Shown: positions 29,273 to 38,397, counted from the first letter of the stretch. The stretch is 64,000 nt of DNA from Congzhengia sp. (GCA_045635085.1 JAZRBM010000008.1:142936-206935), one strand, 5' to 3'. Notes: a model not told the origin generated them from the letters alone. Numbers and translations: made by a program.

Positions 29273-30607
29273 TTATGGGTTTAGTCTGTTAGGTCCACGG
29301 AAGATGAACATTGCATCTTTAATGTGCAGGCCGAGCAGAAGCATTGTAAATCTGTCGATACCGAGACCGAATCCACCGTGTGGAGGGCAACCGTATCTGA
29401 AAAACTCGAGGTAAAATTCAACGTCTTTAGCCAAGCCTTTTTCTTCTGCCTGTTTCTTTAATATATCATAGCGGTGCTCACGCTGAGCGCCTGTTGTAAT
29501 TTCTACGCCGCGCCAGATAAGGTCGTAGCCCAAAGGCATTCCTTTTTCGTCTCTCATGTGGTAGAATGCTCTTTTTTCTGCGTTAAAATCGGTTACAAAT
29601 AAGAACTCGTGGTTAAAATGTTTCTTTACCCACTCAAAGCTTAAGCGCTCTGCATCTGTGGTCAGGTCGCCTTTTTCAGAATCGGGTACCGTGTAGCCGA
29701 AATCTTTTTCAAGAGCATCATATAGCTCTGATAGAGTTACAATCGGGAATGGTTGTTTAGGAACTATAATTTCTGTTCCGAACACCTCTTTGATTTCTTC
29801 ACCGTATTTTTCATTTACCTTATCTAAAGCATATGTCAGAATATTTTCTTCCATCTTCATTACGTCGCAATATGACTCAATGTAGCTAATCTCTAAGTCA
29901 AAGCCCGTAAATTCTGTTGTGTGTTTGCTTGTGTAGGATTTTTCTGCACGAAATACAGGACCTATCTCAAAAATCTTTTCAAAGCCACTTGCCATAGCCA
30001 TTTGCTTGTAAAACTGCGGGCTTTGAGCAAGGTATGCACTTCTGTCAAAGTACTTAACTTCAAAAACATCAGAACCGCTTTCACTTGCTGTGCCGATTAG
30101 CTTTGGCGAGTGGATTTCTATAAAGTTATTATCTATTAAATATTCACGCATTGCGCCGACTAATGCAGTCTGTACTTTAAACATAAGTTGATTTTCGTCT
30201 GTTCTTAAGTCAATCCAGCGAAAATCAATTCTTTGGTCGATGCTTGAGCGTTCAACTGCCTGTTTTTTCTTTGTGGCAGGAATTTCTTTTCTTGTGATTG
30301 GCAGAGCATCGGCAACGCTTTCTACGATTAGTTCATCAGGAAGGATTTCAATACCGCCCATTTTAACATATTCGTTTTCAATAACCTTACCGATAACAGT
30401 GATAACACTGTCGCCTGTCAGTATATCCAGTGAGCTTTCCATTTCGGGGTGTAGCTCTTTTTCAACAGTTATCTGAATTTTGCCTGTTATGTCTTTTAAT
30501 ATGATAAATGCCATGGCTTTTGAGTTTCTGAAGTTTTCGATAAAGCCCTGAACCTTCACTGTTTTGCCGATATTGTCTTTTATATCTTTTACATAAGTTC
30601 TCATCAT
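29273..30607 (-). CDS. aspS: aspartate--tRNA ligase, archaeal/type-2 form
   Basis: 444 aa, the short form lacking the bacterial insertion domain. Class IIb motifs FRAEKSYTSKHTTEF and GGFGLGIDR. ATG 30607 follows GGAGGG. Confidence 0.8.
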   Translation of the reverse strand: MMRTYVKDIKDNIGKTVKVQGFIENFRNSKAMAFIILKDITGKIQITVEKELHPEMESSLDILTGDSVITVIGKVIENEYVKMGGIEILPDELIVESVADALPITRKEIPATKKKQAVERSSIDQRIDFRWIDLRTDENQLMFKVQTALVGAMREYLIDNNFIEIHSPKLIGTASESGSDVFEVKYFDRSAYLAQSPQFYKQMAMASGFEKIFEIGPVFRAEKSYTSKHTTEFTGFDLEISYIESYCDVMKMEENILTYALDKVNEKYGEEIKEVFGTEIIVPKQPFPIVTLSELYDALEKDFGYTVPDSEKGDLTTDAERLSFEWVKKHFNHEFLFVTDFNAEKRAFYHMRDEKGMPLGYDLIWRGVEITTGAQREHRYDILKKQAEEKGLAKDVEFYLEFFRYGCPPHGGFGLGIDRFTMLLLGLHIKDAMFIFRGPNRLNP

Positions 30608-30655
30608 TGAGAATCCCTCCAATGCAAAAATTTTCAATTATAACTATACCCAATT

Positions 30656-30685
30656 ATTATATCACTATTTTCGTGTTTTTGTCAA
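30656..30685 (-). promoter_or_regulatory. sigma-A type promoter of aspS-asnA-asnS (TTGACA-18-TATAAT, TGa)
   Basis: On the minus strand, the -35 is at 30685-30680 and the -10 at 30661-30656. Confidence 0.6.
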
Positions 30686-30720
30686 TGTAAATTTAGTTAA
30701 ATGAAGTTTTATAAAATAAT

Positions 30721-30747
30721 AAGGCTGCAGCACTTTGCTGCAGCCTT
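30721..30747 (-). terminator. intrinsic terminator after rplT
   Basis: Stem AAGGCTGCAGC/GCTGCAGCCTT, T-rich on the minus strand downstream. Confidence 0.8.
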
Positions 30748-30763
30748 TAAGATGTAATTTTTA

Positions 30764-31120
30764 TTATTTTAAAGCAGCCTTTGCCTGTTCAACCAATGCA
30801 GCAAATGCAGCCTTGTCTGAAACTGCGATTTCAGCTAACATTTTGCGGTTCATTTCGATGCCTGCTTTCTTTAAACCGTTCATAAATGTTGAGTAGTTCA
30901 TGCCGTTTACCTTAGCCTGAGCTGAGATTCTGGCAATCCAAAGCTGACGGAAGTTTCTCTTCTTTAACTTACGACCAACGTATGCATAAGATAATGATTT
31001 CATTACAGCTTCTTTAGCTGTTCTGAACTGCTTGCTTTTAGCACCTCTGTAGCCTTTTGCTAATTTTAATATTCTTTTATGTCTTTTGCGCGTGGTGAGA
31101 GCGCCCTTAATTCTTGCCAT
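30764..31120 (-). CDS. rplT: 50S ribosomal protein L20
   Basis: [27 protein letters not shown] is a canonical L20 N-terminus. Confidence 0.97.
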   Translation of the reverse strand: MARIKGALTTRKRHKRILKLAKGYRGAKSKQFRTAKEAVMKSLSYAYVGRKLKKRNFRQLWIARISAQAKVNGMNYSTFMNGLKKAGIEMNRKMLAEIAVSDKAAFAALVEQAKAALK

Positions 31121-31157
31121 TTGTTGTTACCTCCAAAATTTTAATATTTTTTGCGAA

Positions 31158-31355
31158 TTACTTATAAGGAATTAACTTCTTTAATGTTTTTAAATTCGCG
31201 CTGGACGCATATGCACCCTTTCTTAAATTTCTCTTTCTCTTAGTAGATTTCTTTGTGAGAATGTGACTTGTAAAAGCGTGGTTCATTTTGATTTTACCGT
31301 TTTTTGTAACTCTAAATCTCTTTGCACTCGCTCTATGTGTTTTGATTTTAGGCAT
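31158..31355 (-). CDS. rpmI: 50S ribosomal protein L35
   Basis: [14 protein letters not shown], 65 aa. The track N-terminal extension is rejected. Confidence 0.95.
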   Translation of the reverse strand: MPKIKTHRASAKRFRVTKNGKIKMNHAFTSHILTKKSTKRKRNLRKGAYASSANLKTLKKLIPYK

Positions 31356-31380
31356 TTTTATAACCCCTTCCAAAAATTTT

Positions 31381-31902
31381 TTATTTAGCTGTGCCCTTTG
31401 GGGACACAAGCATACTCATATTCTTGCCCTCAAGCTTTGCAGGTTTATCAACAACGCCAACCTCTTCGACATAGTCTTTAAACCTGTCTAAAAGCTGCTT
31501 TCCTAAATCGCTGTGATGTACCTCACGGCCACGGAAACGAACTGTGATTTTAACCTTTTCGCCTGCTGATAAGAACTTCTTAACGTGATTTGCTTTAGTC
31601 TCAAAATCGTGGTTATCGATAGACGGAGAAAGTCTGATTTCTTTAACAGAAATAACCTTTTGGTTTTTCTTGTTTTCTTTGTCGCGCTTTGAAAGCTCAA
31701 ACTTATACTTGCCATAGTCCATGATTTTACATACTGGTGGCTCCGCCTTAGGAGCGATCAGGACAAGGTCATAGTTTTTAGCGTACGCCTGTTCTAAAGC
31801 GTCTTTAGCTGATGTGATGCCTATTGGCTCTCCATCAGGACCGACCAGACGAACTTCTTTGCATTTGATTTCTTCGTTAATCAATAATTCTTGCTTACTA
31901 AT
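31381..31902 (-). CDS. infC: translation initiation factor IF-3 (ATT start codon)
   Basis: The IF-3 sequence is conserved from [20 protein letters not shown]. An in-frame ATT (plus 31902-31900) lies 7 nt after GGAGGTG, consistent with the classical non-canonical infC start. Confidence 0.85.
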   Translation of the reverse strand: MSKQELLINEEIKCKEVRLVGPDGEPIGITSAKDALEQAYAKNYDLVLIAPKAEPPVCKIMDYGKYKFELSKRDKENKKNQKVISVKEIRLSPSIDNHDFETKANHVKKFLSAGEKVKITVRFRGREVHHSDLGKQLLDRFKDYVEEVGVVDKPAKLEGKNMSMLVSPKGTAK

Positions 31903-32057
31903 GGAAAAACACCTCCAAAAATTTTAAAAAAACTCGCTTTTAAGACATAAAAATAAGCGGACAGATACCTGTCCGCTAAAATACTCAGTAAAGAAAAAGT
32001 ATCAACCATTTTGGCGATTGCCTGATGGTGAGAAGCGAACAAGCCTCTACTTAATGC
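31903..32057 (-). promoter_or_regulatory. infC-rpmI-rplT leader with internal terminator (L20-leader-type attenuator)
   Basis: A leader of about 155 nt between promoter and infC contains hairpin AGCGGACAG-GTAT-CTGTCCGCT (31956-31977) followed by a T-run on the minus strand. Confidence 0.55.
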
Positions 32058-32063
32058 TTAATT

Positions 32064-32092
32064 ATAATAACACAACAAAAACATTTTGTCAA
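32064..32092 (-). promoter_or_regulatory. sigma-A type promoter of the infC operon (TTGACA-17-TATTAT, TGt)
   Basis: On the minus strand, the -35 is at 32092-32087 and the -10 at 32069-32064. Confidence 0.6.
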
Positions 32093-32165
32093 CAACTTTT
32101 TTAAAAAAAGTGTCACCAATCATTGACAATTATACAATTGATTTGCTAAAAAAGTGAAATTAAAA

Positions 32166-32194
32166 TTGACTATTTTATTGCTATGTGGTATAAT
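32166..32194 (+). promoter_or_regulatory. sigma-A type promoter (TTGACT-17-TATAAT, TGg)
   Basis: Hexamers at 32166-32171 and 32189-32194, upstream of the 32247 CDS. Confidence 0.65.
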
Positions 32195-32246
32195 TCAACT
32201 GCGTGCTGTGGCACGGTCAGTTCGATAAATTGTCAGGAGTAAAGTA

Positions 32247-33962
32247 ATGAATAAATTATTTAAAAACAAGGCTTTTTTAATATCTATATCATCGCTTGTG
32301 ACATTGATAATTATTATAGGATGTCTCTTTGGAATAGGCGAGGTTCGAATAAGGCTTAAAGGTGTGTTAGAGCGTGCATTCCCTGATAAATTCGGGCAAA
32401 GCATTTACTATATCAATAATGTAAAGAGCGACACTGTAAGCCAGATGGACTTTTTGGTAAATGATGTGCGAGAAGTAAAGATAAATAGCCAAAGAAGCTA
32501 TCTCATAAATCATTCGCGTGGCTTTGCACTCGGATTTCCAAATGATGCAGAGTATGATTTTTCTGCCGCTCAAGAATACATAAATGTTAGTTGTGAAAAA
32601 TTTTCTGCGGTAGTTTCTAAAGAGTATACTACATATGCCCCCGGTGTTGAGGAAAGTAAAAGATACGTTTCAGAGTGTATTAATAAATATATCCTAAGCG
32701 AAAAGTATTTAAAAGAAAACACCATTACACTCCACAAAAACGATACAGAAACAGTGGGAGATTATCCGGTTCAGATTATAGCACTCACAAGAACTCCTGA
32801 AGCAGGAAGTAAGTGTGTTGATAACACTTATGTTTATTGCTATATTTACAAAGATGATGTTCTGTTTTATCGTATAATGTTTAAGGCAAGAGAGTATGAT
32901 AGTGAGCTTTTAGAAGAAGTGTATAAAACACTAGAGTCATTTACTGAGGATGTAATGGTAAAGGGCGTATCTGATACTTTTGCAGAGTTTTACCCCGTGA
33001 TAAATGATGACTGGAACGAAAAAACCAAGGCGTTATATGAAGATATTGTAAATTCCAAAGAGTGTAAATGGGGAGTATTTGTACCAAGAGCGGTGCTTCA
33101 GAATAACTACCGCGATGTGTTGTCGTTAGAGGAAAAGGTGGCATCTAAATTTGACGGGGTGCTAGAATATATGTTTTTATGTGATGAAGTGCCAAAAGAG
33201 GGTATGAAGTCTGCGTTTGCTGATGGAAAGATTATAGAGCTTACTTTGCAGACTGCTAACGCCATGCACGCAAATCTAGATGGACACAACCCTATGTTTG
33301 ACATAATAGACGGAAAGTATGATGAAAAAATTTCAAAAATAGCACGGGACATAAAGGAACTTCACAGCCCAGTATTATTCCGTTTAAATAATGAGATGAA
33401 CTCTGATTGGGTAGGATATTCTGCTGCAGCTTGTCTTACTGACCCTGAAATTTATGTTGCGGTATGGAGAAGAATATATGACATTTTTGAAAAGGAAAAT
33501 GTCGATAACGCCATATGGGTATTTAACCCTAACGATGAAACATTTCCGCCCAACGGATACAATGCATCTATGGCATATTATCCCGGCAATGAATATGTGC
33601 ACATATTTGGCATAACGGGGTATAACACGGGCACATATTATGAAAAGGAACATGGAGAGCGCTGGAGAACATTTGACGAAATTTATACAAACATTACAGA
33701 GCATTCTGAAAAAACCTACGGGAATTTTCCGTGGATTATCACTGAATTTGCATCAAGCTCAATTGGTGGTGATAAGGCAGAGTGGATTAATGATATGTTT
33801 GAAAGTTTAAAGGATTATCCGCATATTAAGATGGCGTTTTGGTTTAACGCTGCAGACTATGATGAACGTCCGGAAAAAGAAGGGTGCGTTGCGCGGCCTT
33901 ACTGGCTTGATGAAACAGATAAAACAACACAAGCATTTAAAAATGGACTAAGGAAGAAATAA
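32247..33962 (+). CDS. membrane-anchored protein with C-terminal GH26-like glycoside hydrolase domain
   Basis: N-terminal TM segment. The C-terminal half carries GH26-like RLNNEMNSDW (acid/base Glu), WVFNPN and PWIITEFASS (nucleophile Glu). The N-terminal ~270 aa are unassigned. Confidence 0.5.
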   Translation: MNKLFKNKAFLISISSLVTLIIIIGCLFGIGEVRIRLKGVLERAFPDKFGQSIYYINNVKSDTVSQMDFLVNDVREVKINSQRSYLINHSRGFALGFPNDAEYDFSAAQEYINVSCEKFSAVVSKEYTTYAPGVEESKRYVSECINKYILSEKYLKENTITLHKNDTETVGDYPVQIIALTRTPEAGSKCVDNTYVYCYIYKDDVLFYRIMFKAREYDSELLEEVYKTLESFTEDVMVKGVSDTFAEFYPVINDDWNEKTKALYEDIVNSKECKWGVFVPRAVLQNNYRDVLSLEEKVASKFDGVLEYMFLCDEVPKEGMKSAFADGKIIELTLQTANAMHANLDGHNPMFDIIDGKYDEKISKIARDIKELHSPVLFRLNNEMNSDWVGYSAAACLTDPEIYVAVWRRIYDIFEKENVDNAIWVFNPNDETFPPNGYNASMAYYPGNEYVHIFGITGYNTGTYYEKEHGERWRTFDEIYTNITEHSEKTYGNFPWIITEFASSSIGGDKAEWINDMFESLKDYPHIKMAFWFNAADYDERPEKEGCVARPYWLDETDKTTQAFKNGLRKK

Positions 33963-33976
33963 TCGGAGGATTGACA

Positions 33977-35149
33977 ATGGATATTAAAAAAGAGGCTTTA
34001 AAAAAGCACTACGACTGGAACGGAAAAATTGAGGTAGTTTCAAAAGTGCCTGTTAAGTGTTCAGAGGACTTATCACTTGCCTACACTCCTGGGGTTGCTG
34101 AACCCTGCCTGGTTATAAAAGACGATGTAAGCAAATCGTATGAGCTTACACGCCGCAACAATCTGGTTGCGGTCATAACAGACGGTACAGCAGTGTTAGG
34201 CCTTGGAGATATAGGTCCTGAAGCAGGTATGCCCGTTATGGAGGGAAAGTGCGTGCTGTTTAAGGAATTTGCAGATGTTGATGCGTTTCCTTTATGTGTA
34301 AAAACAAAGGATGTAGACGAGATAGTTTCGACCATATATAATATTTCAGGCAGCTTCGGAGGAATAAATTTAGAGGATATTGCCGCACCGAGGTGCTTTG
34401 AAATTGAAAGAAAATTAAAAGAAATATGTGATATTCCTGTCTTTCACGATGACCAGCACGGCACAGCGATTGTGGTAGCAGCAGCAGCCATCAATGCATT
34501 AAAGGTTGTAAAGAAAGAATTAGATAAGGTAAAGATAGTTATTAATGGTGCAGGTTCTGCGGGGACGGCCATCTGCAGGCATCTTTTGATGGTTGGAGCA
34601 AAAAATATCGTAATGTGTGATAGATTTGGTATAATTTGTGAGGGAAACGAAACGCTTTCTGATGCTCACCGAGAGATCAGCAAAATCACAAACAGAGAGA
34701 AAAAAACAGGTACACTTTCTGATGCTTTGGTTGGTGCTGATATATTTATTGGTGTTTCGGCTCCAAACATTTTAAACGAGGAAATGATAAAATCTATGAA
34801 TGACGATGCAATAGTTTTTCCTATGGCAAACCCGGTTCCGGAAATTATGCCTGATAAGGCACTTTTAGCCGGGGCAAAGGTTGTAGGCACGGGAAGGTCA
34901 GACTTTCCTAATCAAATAAACAATGTGCTGGCATTTCCGGGGATTTTCCGCGGGGCGCTTGATGTAAGAGCAAGTGACATAAATGACGAGATGAAGGTTG
35001 CAGCATCATACGCTATTGCAGGACTTGTGGATGAGGGCGAGCTTTCATTTGATTACATATTGCCTAAGGCTTTTGATAAGCGTGTGGGAAAAGCAGTGGC
35101 AAAAGCGGTGGCAGAAGCTGCTAAAAAAAGCGGAGTTGCCCGTATATAG
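33977..35149 (+). CDS. NAD(P)-dependent malic enzyme (short form)
   Basis: LAYTPGVAEPC, GPEAGMPVMEGKCVLFK, FHDDQHGTA and NGAGSAG. ATG 33977 follows GGAGGA. Confidence 0.9.
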   Translation: MDIKKEALKKHYDWNGKIEVVSKVPVKCSEDLSLAYTPGVAEPCLVIKDDVSKSYELTRRNNLVAVITDGTAVLGLGDIGPEAGMPVMEGKCVLFKEFADVDAFPLCVKTKDVDEIVSTIYNISGSFGGINLEDIAAPRCFEIERKLKEICDIPVFHDDQHGTAIVVAAAAINALKVVKKELDKVKIVINGAGSAGTAICRHLLMVGAKNIVMCDRFGIICEGNETLSDAHREISKITNREKKTGTLSDALVGADIFIGVSAPNILNEEMIKSMNDDAIVFPMANPVPEIMPDKALLAGAKVVGTGRSDFPNQINNVLAFPGIFRGALDVRASDINDEMKVAASYAIAGLVDEGELSFDYILPKAFDKRVGKAVAKAVAEAAKKSGVARI

Positions 35150-35155
35150 TAAAAT

Positions 35156-35190
35156 AAAAAACATCCCTTATCATAAGGGATGTTTTTTAT
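35156..35190. terminator. bidirectional terminator between the malic enzyme gene and the DUF3048 gene
   Basis: Stem AACATCCCTTA/TAAGGGATGTT flanked by A-run and T-run. Confidence 0.8.
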
Positions 35191-35198
35191 TTTTGTCT

Positions 35199-36224
35199 TT
35201 ATTGAGCAGGTGTTATGCTTTCAAATGTTGCTTCTACATATGTAGGAACAATCTGTATAAATGTGTTTCCGGGGTTTAATTTTAGCGGTGTTCCATCTTT
35301 TAGCGTGTACTCTGTCTTTGCTTCGCGGGAAGCCTTTGACCAGTTAATTTCAACTGCTTGTCCATCTGAAAAATAGTATCCTGTGCCTGAACCAATGTTC
35401 TTTAAATCCTGTCTGCCTTTATTTTCACTGTCAGGCAGGTTTACATTTTGCAATGTATACATAATGATATTTTTTGCACTCAGGGGTTCTTTTGTCTGCG
35501 AATCATGTGTTTTTCCGTTTACATAGCGGATAAAACGAGCCGAATCTTCGTCGTATTTATAATCAACTTTATAGAAGTTTGCATAGGGTATAGAGATGGA
35601 AGAAACTGCTGTGCCGCCTGTTGGTGTCTCGTCTGTTTCTCTGTAGTTCGGCATATTGTTTTTTGTGTCGCGGCGGTAGTTTTTCTCATCGGCACGCAAG
35701 GAAAGCTTTTCGGTCGATGTATATAAGTTGTGCCATGTCTTGTCATAAGTATTATCGCGCCAAAATGAAGCGCCGTCTGATGTGACACCGTTTATATTGT
35801 TTATTCCCAGAGCAGAAATGTCTTTTGCTGCTTTAGGGCTCCATCCTGCATGAGAATAGATGGCATCGTGTTCTAATGCATAGTCTAAAAAGTAATGTCT
35901 TGACGAACGGACGGGTCCAACCTTTTCAAGCTCAAAGTCTTTAAATAAAGCCATAAATCTTGTCGCTCTGCCCTCTACGACGATTTCGTAAACCATATAC
36001 GCATCTTCAAGTCCGATTTGCGGACGGGCAGCGTTTGTATCATTATCTATCATAAGTGCGATAGGTCTTACGTTTTCTTTTGATTTCATTTCAGTATAGA
36101 ACGGGTCTGCGTCAGGAACCTCTATGGCGTAGGGTTCATCTGTTGAGGTAGGCACGTTATTTTTACATGATGTAAAAGAAAGTACTGTGGCCATGCAAAG
36201 TAAGAGCGATAAAAACTTTTTCAT
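35199..36224 (-). CDS. DUF3048-family lipoprotein (YerB-like)
   Basis: Lipobox LSFTSC, and ALMIDNDTNAARPQIGLEDAYMVYEIVVEGRATRFMALF is typical of DUF3048. Confidence 0.7.
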   Translation of the reverse strand: MKKFLSLLLCMATVLSFTSCKNNVPTSTDEPYAIEVPDADPFYTEMKSKENVRPIALMIDNDTNAARPQIGLEDAYMVYEIVVEGRATRFMALFKDFELEKVGPVRSSRHYFLDYALEHDAIYSHAGWSPKAAKDISALGINNINGVTSDGASFWRDNTYDKTWHNLYTSTEKLSLRADEKNYRRDTKNNMPNYRETDETPTGGTAVSSISIPYANFYKVDYKYDEDSARFIRYVNGKTHDSQTKEPLSAKNIIMYTLQNVNLPDSENKGRQDLKNIGSGTGYYFSDGQAVEINWSKASREAKTEYTLKDGTPLKLNPGNTFIQIVPTYVEATFESITPAQ

Positions 36225-36823
36225 ATGATAAATTCTCCTTTTATTTTATTTAATAAAGCAACCAGGGCTGCTTTTCTGTGACTGACTTCGTTTTTTTCCT
36301 CCAAAGACATTTCAGAGAATGTTTTTATGTGATTGATTGAGTAAAAATAAGGGTCGTATCCAAAACCGTTCTCGCCGCGCGGTGTTTCGCGCAAAATACC
36401 GGGACAACTAATGCCCTCTGCCTCGATTTTTGTGCCATCAGGAAGAAGCAGGCATACTGCACACGAAAACCTTGCAAATCTTTCATCGGGAGGGACAGCA
36501 CTCAGCTCTTTTGAGAGCTTTTTCACCTTTTCGCTATATGGTGTATCCTCTCCAGCGTATCTTGCAGAGTAAACACCTGGGCGTCCGCCTAATGCCTCTA
36601 TCTCAAGTCCTGAATCATCTGCTAAAACAGCAAGGTCAGTAAGGCGTGAAATCGCACTTGCTTTTATGTAGGCGTTTTCAAGAAATGTTTCTCCGTCTTC
36701 GCAAACGTCAATCTCGATGTTTACATCCTTTAGGGATACTATTTCAAAATCAGACAAAATCTCTTTGATTTCCCTGAGTTTTCCCTGATTTGTTGTTGCG
36801 GCTAAAATTGTCTTAATCATCAT
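36221..36823 (-). CDS. rdgB: dITP/XTP pyrophosphatase (RdgB/HAM1 family)
   Basis: ATTNQGKLREI, DDSGLEIEALGGRPGVYSARY and GFGYDP. The start is ATG 36823 or 36820. The stop overlaps the downstream start (ATGA). Confidence 0.85.
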   Translation of the reverse strand: MMIKTILAATTNQGKLREIKEILSDFEIVSLKDVNIEIDVCEDGETFLENAYIKASAISRLTDLAVLADDSGLEIEALGGRPGVYSARYAGEDTPYSEKVKKLSKELSAVPPDERFARFSCAVCLLLPDGTKIEAEGISCPGILRETPRGENGFGYDPYFYSINHIKTFSEMSLEEKNEVSHRKAALVALLNKIKGEFII

Positions 36824-36957
36824 CTCACCAACTTTTATGTATTGTCTTAAAAACATTTTATCACATTTATGAGCAAAATGCACATTAAAATACTATTACA
36901 ATTATTTTTAAAAAGTGCTTGTCTTTTTTCCGAAATCATAATATAATTAATACATAC

Positions 36958-37100
36958 AGAATTTTATTTCATAAAATTCTTAAGAGCTGATGCTCTTTTG
37001 TGCTCTTTCGAGCACTGTGTCAATTGATGGCGTCGCAAAAATCTCCTTGCGAGCAAAGATTTTTGCTCCTGGTAAAATGATTTCTCGGCATCTAAATTGT
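36958..37100. other. orphan structured intergenic element B (function unknown)
   Basis: Four consecutive hairpins: AGAATTTTAT/ATAAAATTCT (36958-36980), AGAGC/GCTCT, GTGCTC-TTTC-GAGCAC (37000-37015), and GCAAAAATCT/AGATTTTTGC (37035-37066). Confidence 0.3.
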
Positions 37101-37148
37101 GCACGGATTCTATAATAATGTATAAAGAACGAGTGATTGGAGATTTAT

Positions 37149-38366
37149 ATGAAGAATTTAATCGTTGGTCAGTCAGGTGGCCCTACTGCTGCAATAAATT
37201 CAACACTGGCAGGAGTTATAAATAGCGGCATTGAGTCAGAAAAAGTAGGCAAGGTTTATGGTATGGTAAACGGAATTTTAGGGATGCTTGAGGGCAAGGT
37301 TGTCGATCTGGATGATTTGGGAAACGACGACAAAAAAATAAGACAATTAATGACTACTCCTGCATCGTTTCTTGGTACTTGCAGATACAAGCTGCCCAAA
37401 GATGATAAGGCCGTATACGAAAAAGTGTTTAAAGTTTTACAAGAGTATGATATCGGTTATTTTTTCTACATAGGTGGCAATGACTCTATGGATACAGCGG
37501 CAAAATTGTCAAAGTATGCCATTGAGAATAACAAAGATATAAAATTTGTAGGAATAGCCAAGACAATAGACAACGACCTTCCTGAAATGGACCATACCCC
37601 TGGATTTGGCAGTGCTGCAAAATATATAGCAGCGACTGTCCGCGAGATAGCAACGGATGCAGATGCTTATGACATCAGGTCTGTTGAAATTGTTGAAGTA
37701 ATGGGCAGAGACGCAGGATGGCTTGCAGGATCGTCCGTATTGGCATCTTCAGGCGGAAAAGGACCTGACCTCATTTATTTGCCTGAAAGAGAGTTTGAGC
37801 TTGAAAGATTTTATAGCGATGTTTCTAAAAAGTTAGAAGAAAAGAATCACGTCTTAGTAGTAGTTTCAGAAGGAATCAAAACAGCAGACGGAAAATATAT
37901 ATGTGATATGTTAGCAGATGGTGCAAAAGACGCTTTTGGTCATACGAAGCTGGGCGGTACAGGTAGGATTTTAGAGCGTTTGGTTAAAAATAAGTTTGGC
38001 GTAAAGGTAAGGAGCATTGAACTAAGCACCCCTCAGCGCTGTGCAGCACATATCCTGAGCAAAACAGATATTGATGAGGCTTTCAGGCTTGGTTATTCTG
38101 CAGTTTGCGAGGCGGTTTTGGGAAAAACAGGCATAGTTATGGCAATTAAGAGAGTATCTGATACCCCGTACAAGGTAGCCTATGAGGCGGTAGATGTAAA
38201 CAAGGTTGCAAATGAAGCAAAAATTGTGCCCACTGATTACATAAACAAAGACGGAAACTACGTTACAGAAAAATTTATAGACTATATTAAGCCTTTGGTT
38301 TTGGGAGAAATTTATCCTGAATACTTAAACGGCGTTCCAGAATTTTTGATTTTAGAAGAAAAATAA
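37149..38366 (+). CDS. pfp: 6-phosphofructokinase, predicted pyrophosphate-dependent (Pfp type)
   Basis: GQSGGPTAAIN, IGGNDS (Asp where ATP-PFKs have Gly104), AKTIDND (Lys where ATP-PFKs have Gly124), and MGRDAGWLA. Confidence 0.8.
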   Translation: MKNLIVGQSGGPTAAINSTLAGVINSGIESEKVGKVYGMVNGILGMLEGKVVDLDDLGNDDKKIRQLMTTPASFLGTCRYKLPKDDKAVYEKVFKVLQEYDIGYFFYIGGNDSMDTAAKLSKYAIENNKDIKFVGIAKTIDNDLPEMDHTPGFGSAAKYIAATVREIATDADAYDIRSVEIVEVMGRDAGWLAGSSVLASSGGKGPDLIYLPEREFELERFYSDVSKKLEEKNHVLVVVSEGIKTADGKYICDMLADGAKDAFGHTKLGGTGRILERLVKNKFGVKVRSIELSTPQRCAAHILSKTDIDEAFRLGYSAVCEAVLGKTGIVMAIKRVSDTPYKVAYEAVDVNKVANEAKIVPTDYINKDGNYVTEKFIDYIKPLVLGEIYPEYLNGVPEFLILEEK

Positions 38367-38370
38367 TTTT

Positions 38371-38397
38371 AAACTCCCTGTGAAAGGGAGTTTTTTT
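38371..38397 (+). terminator. intrinsic terminator after pfp
   Basis: Stem AAACTCCCT/AGGGAGTTT followed by T7. Confidence 0.85.

Noticed and set aside
37027-37080. 17-codon ORF MASQKSPCEQRFLLLVK inside element B
   Set aside because: It has no Shine-Dalgarno sequence. The reading frame is a by-product of the 10-bp inverted repeat GCAAAAATCT/AGATTTTTGC.
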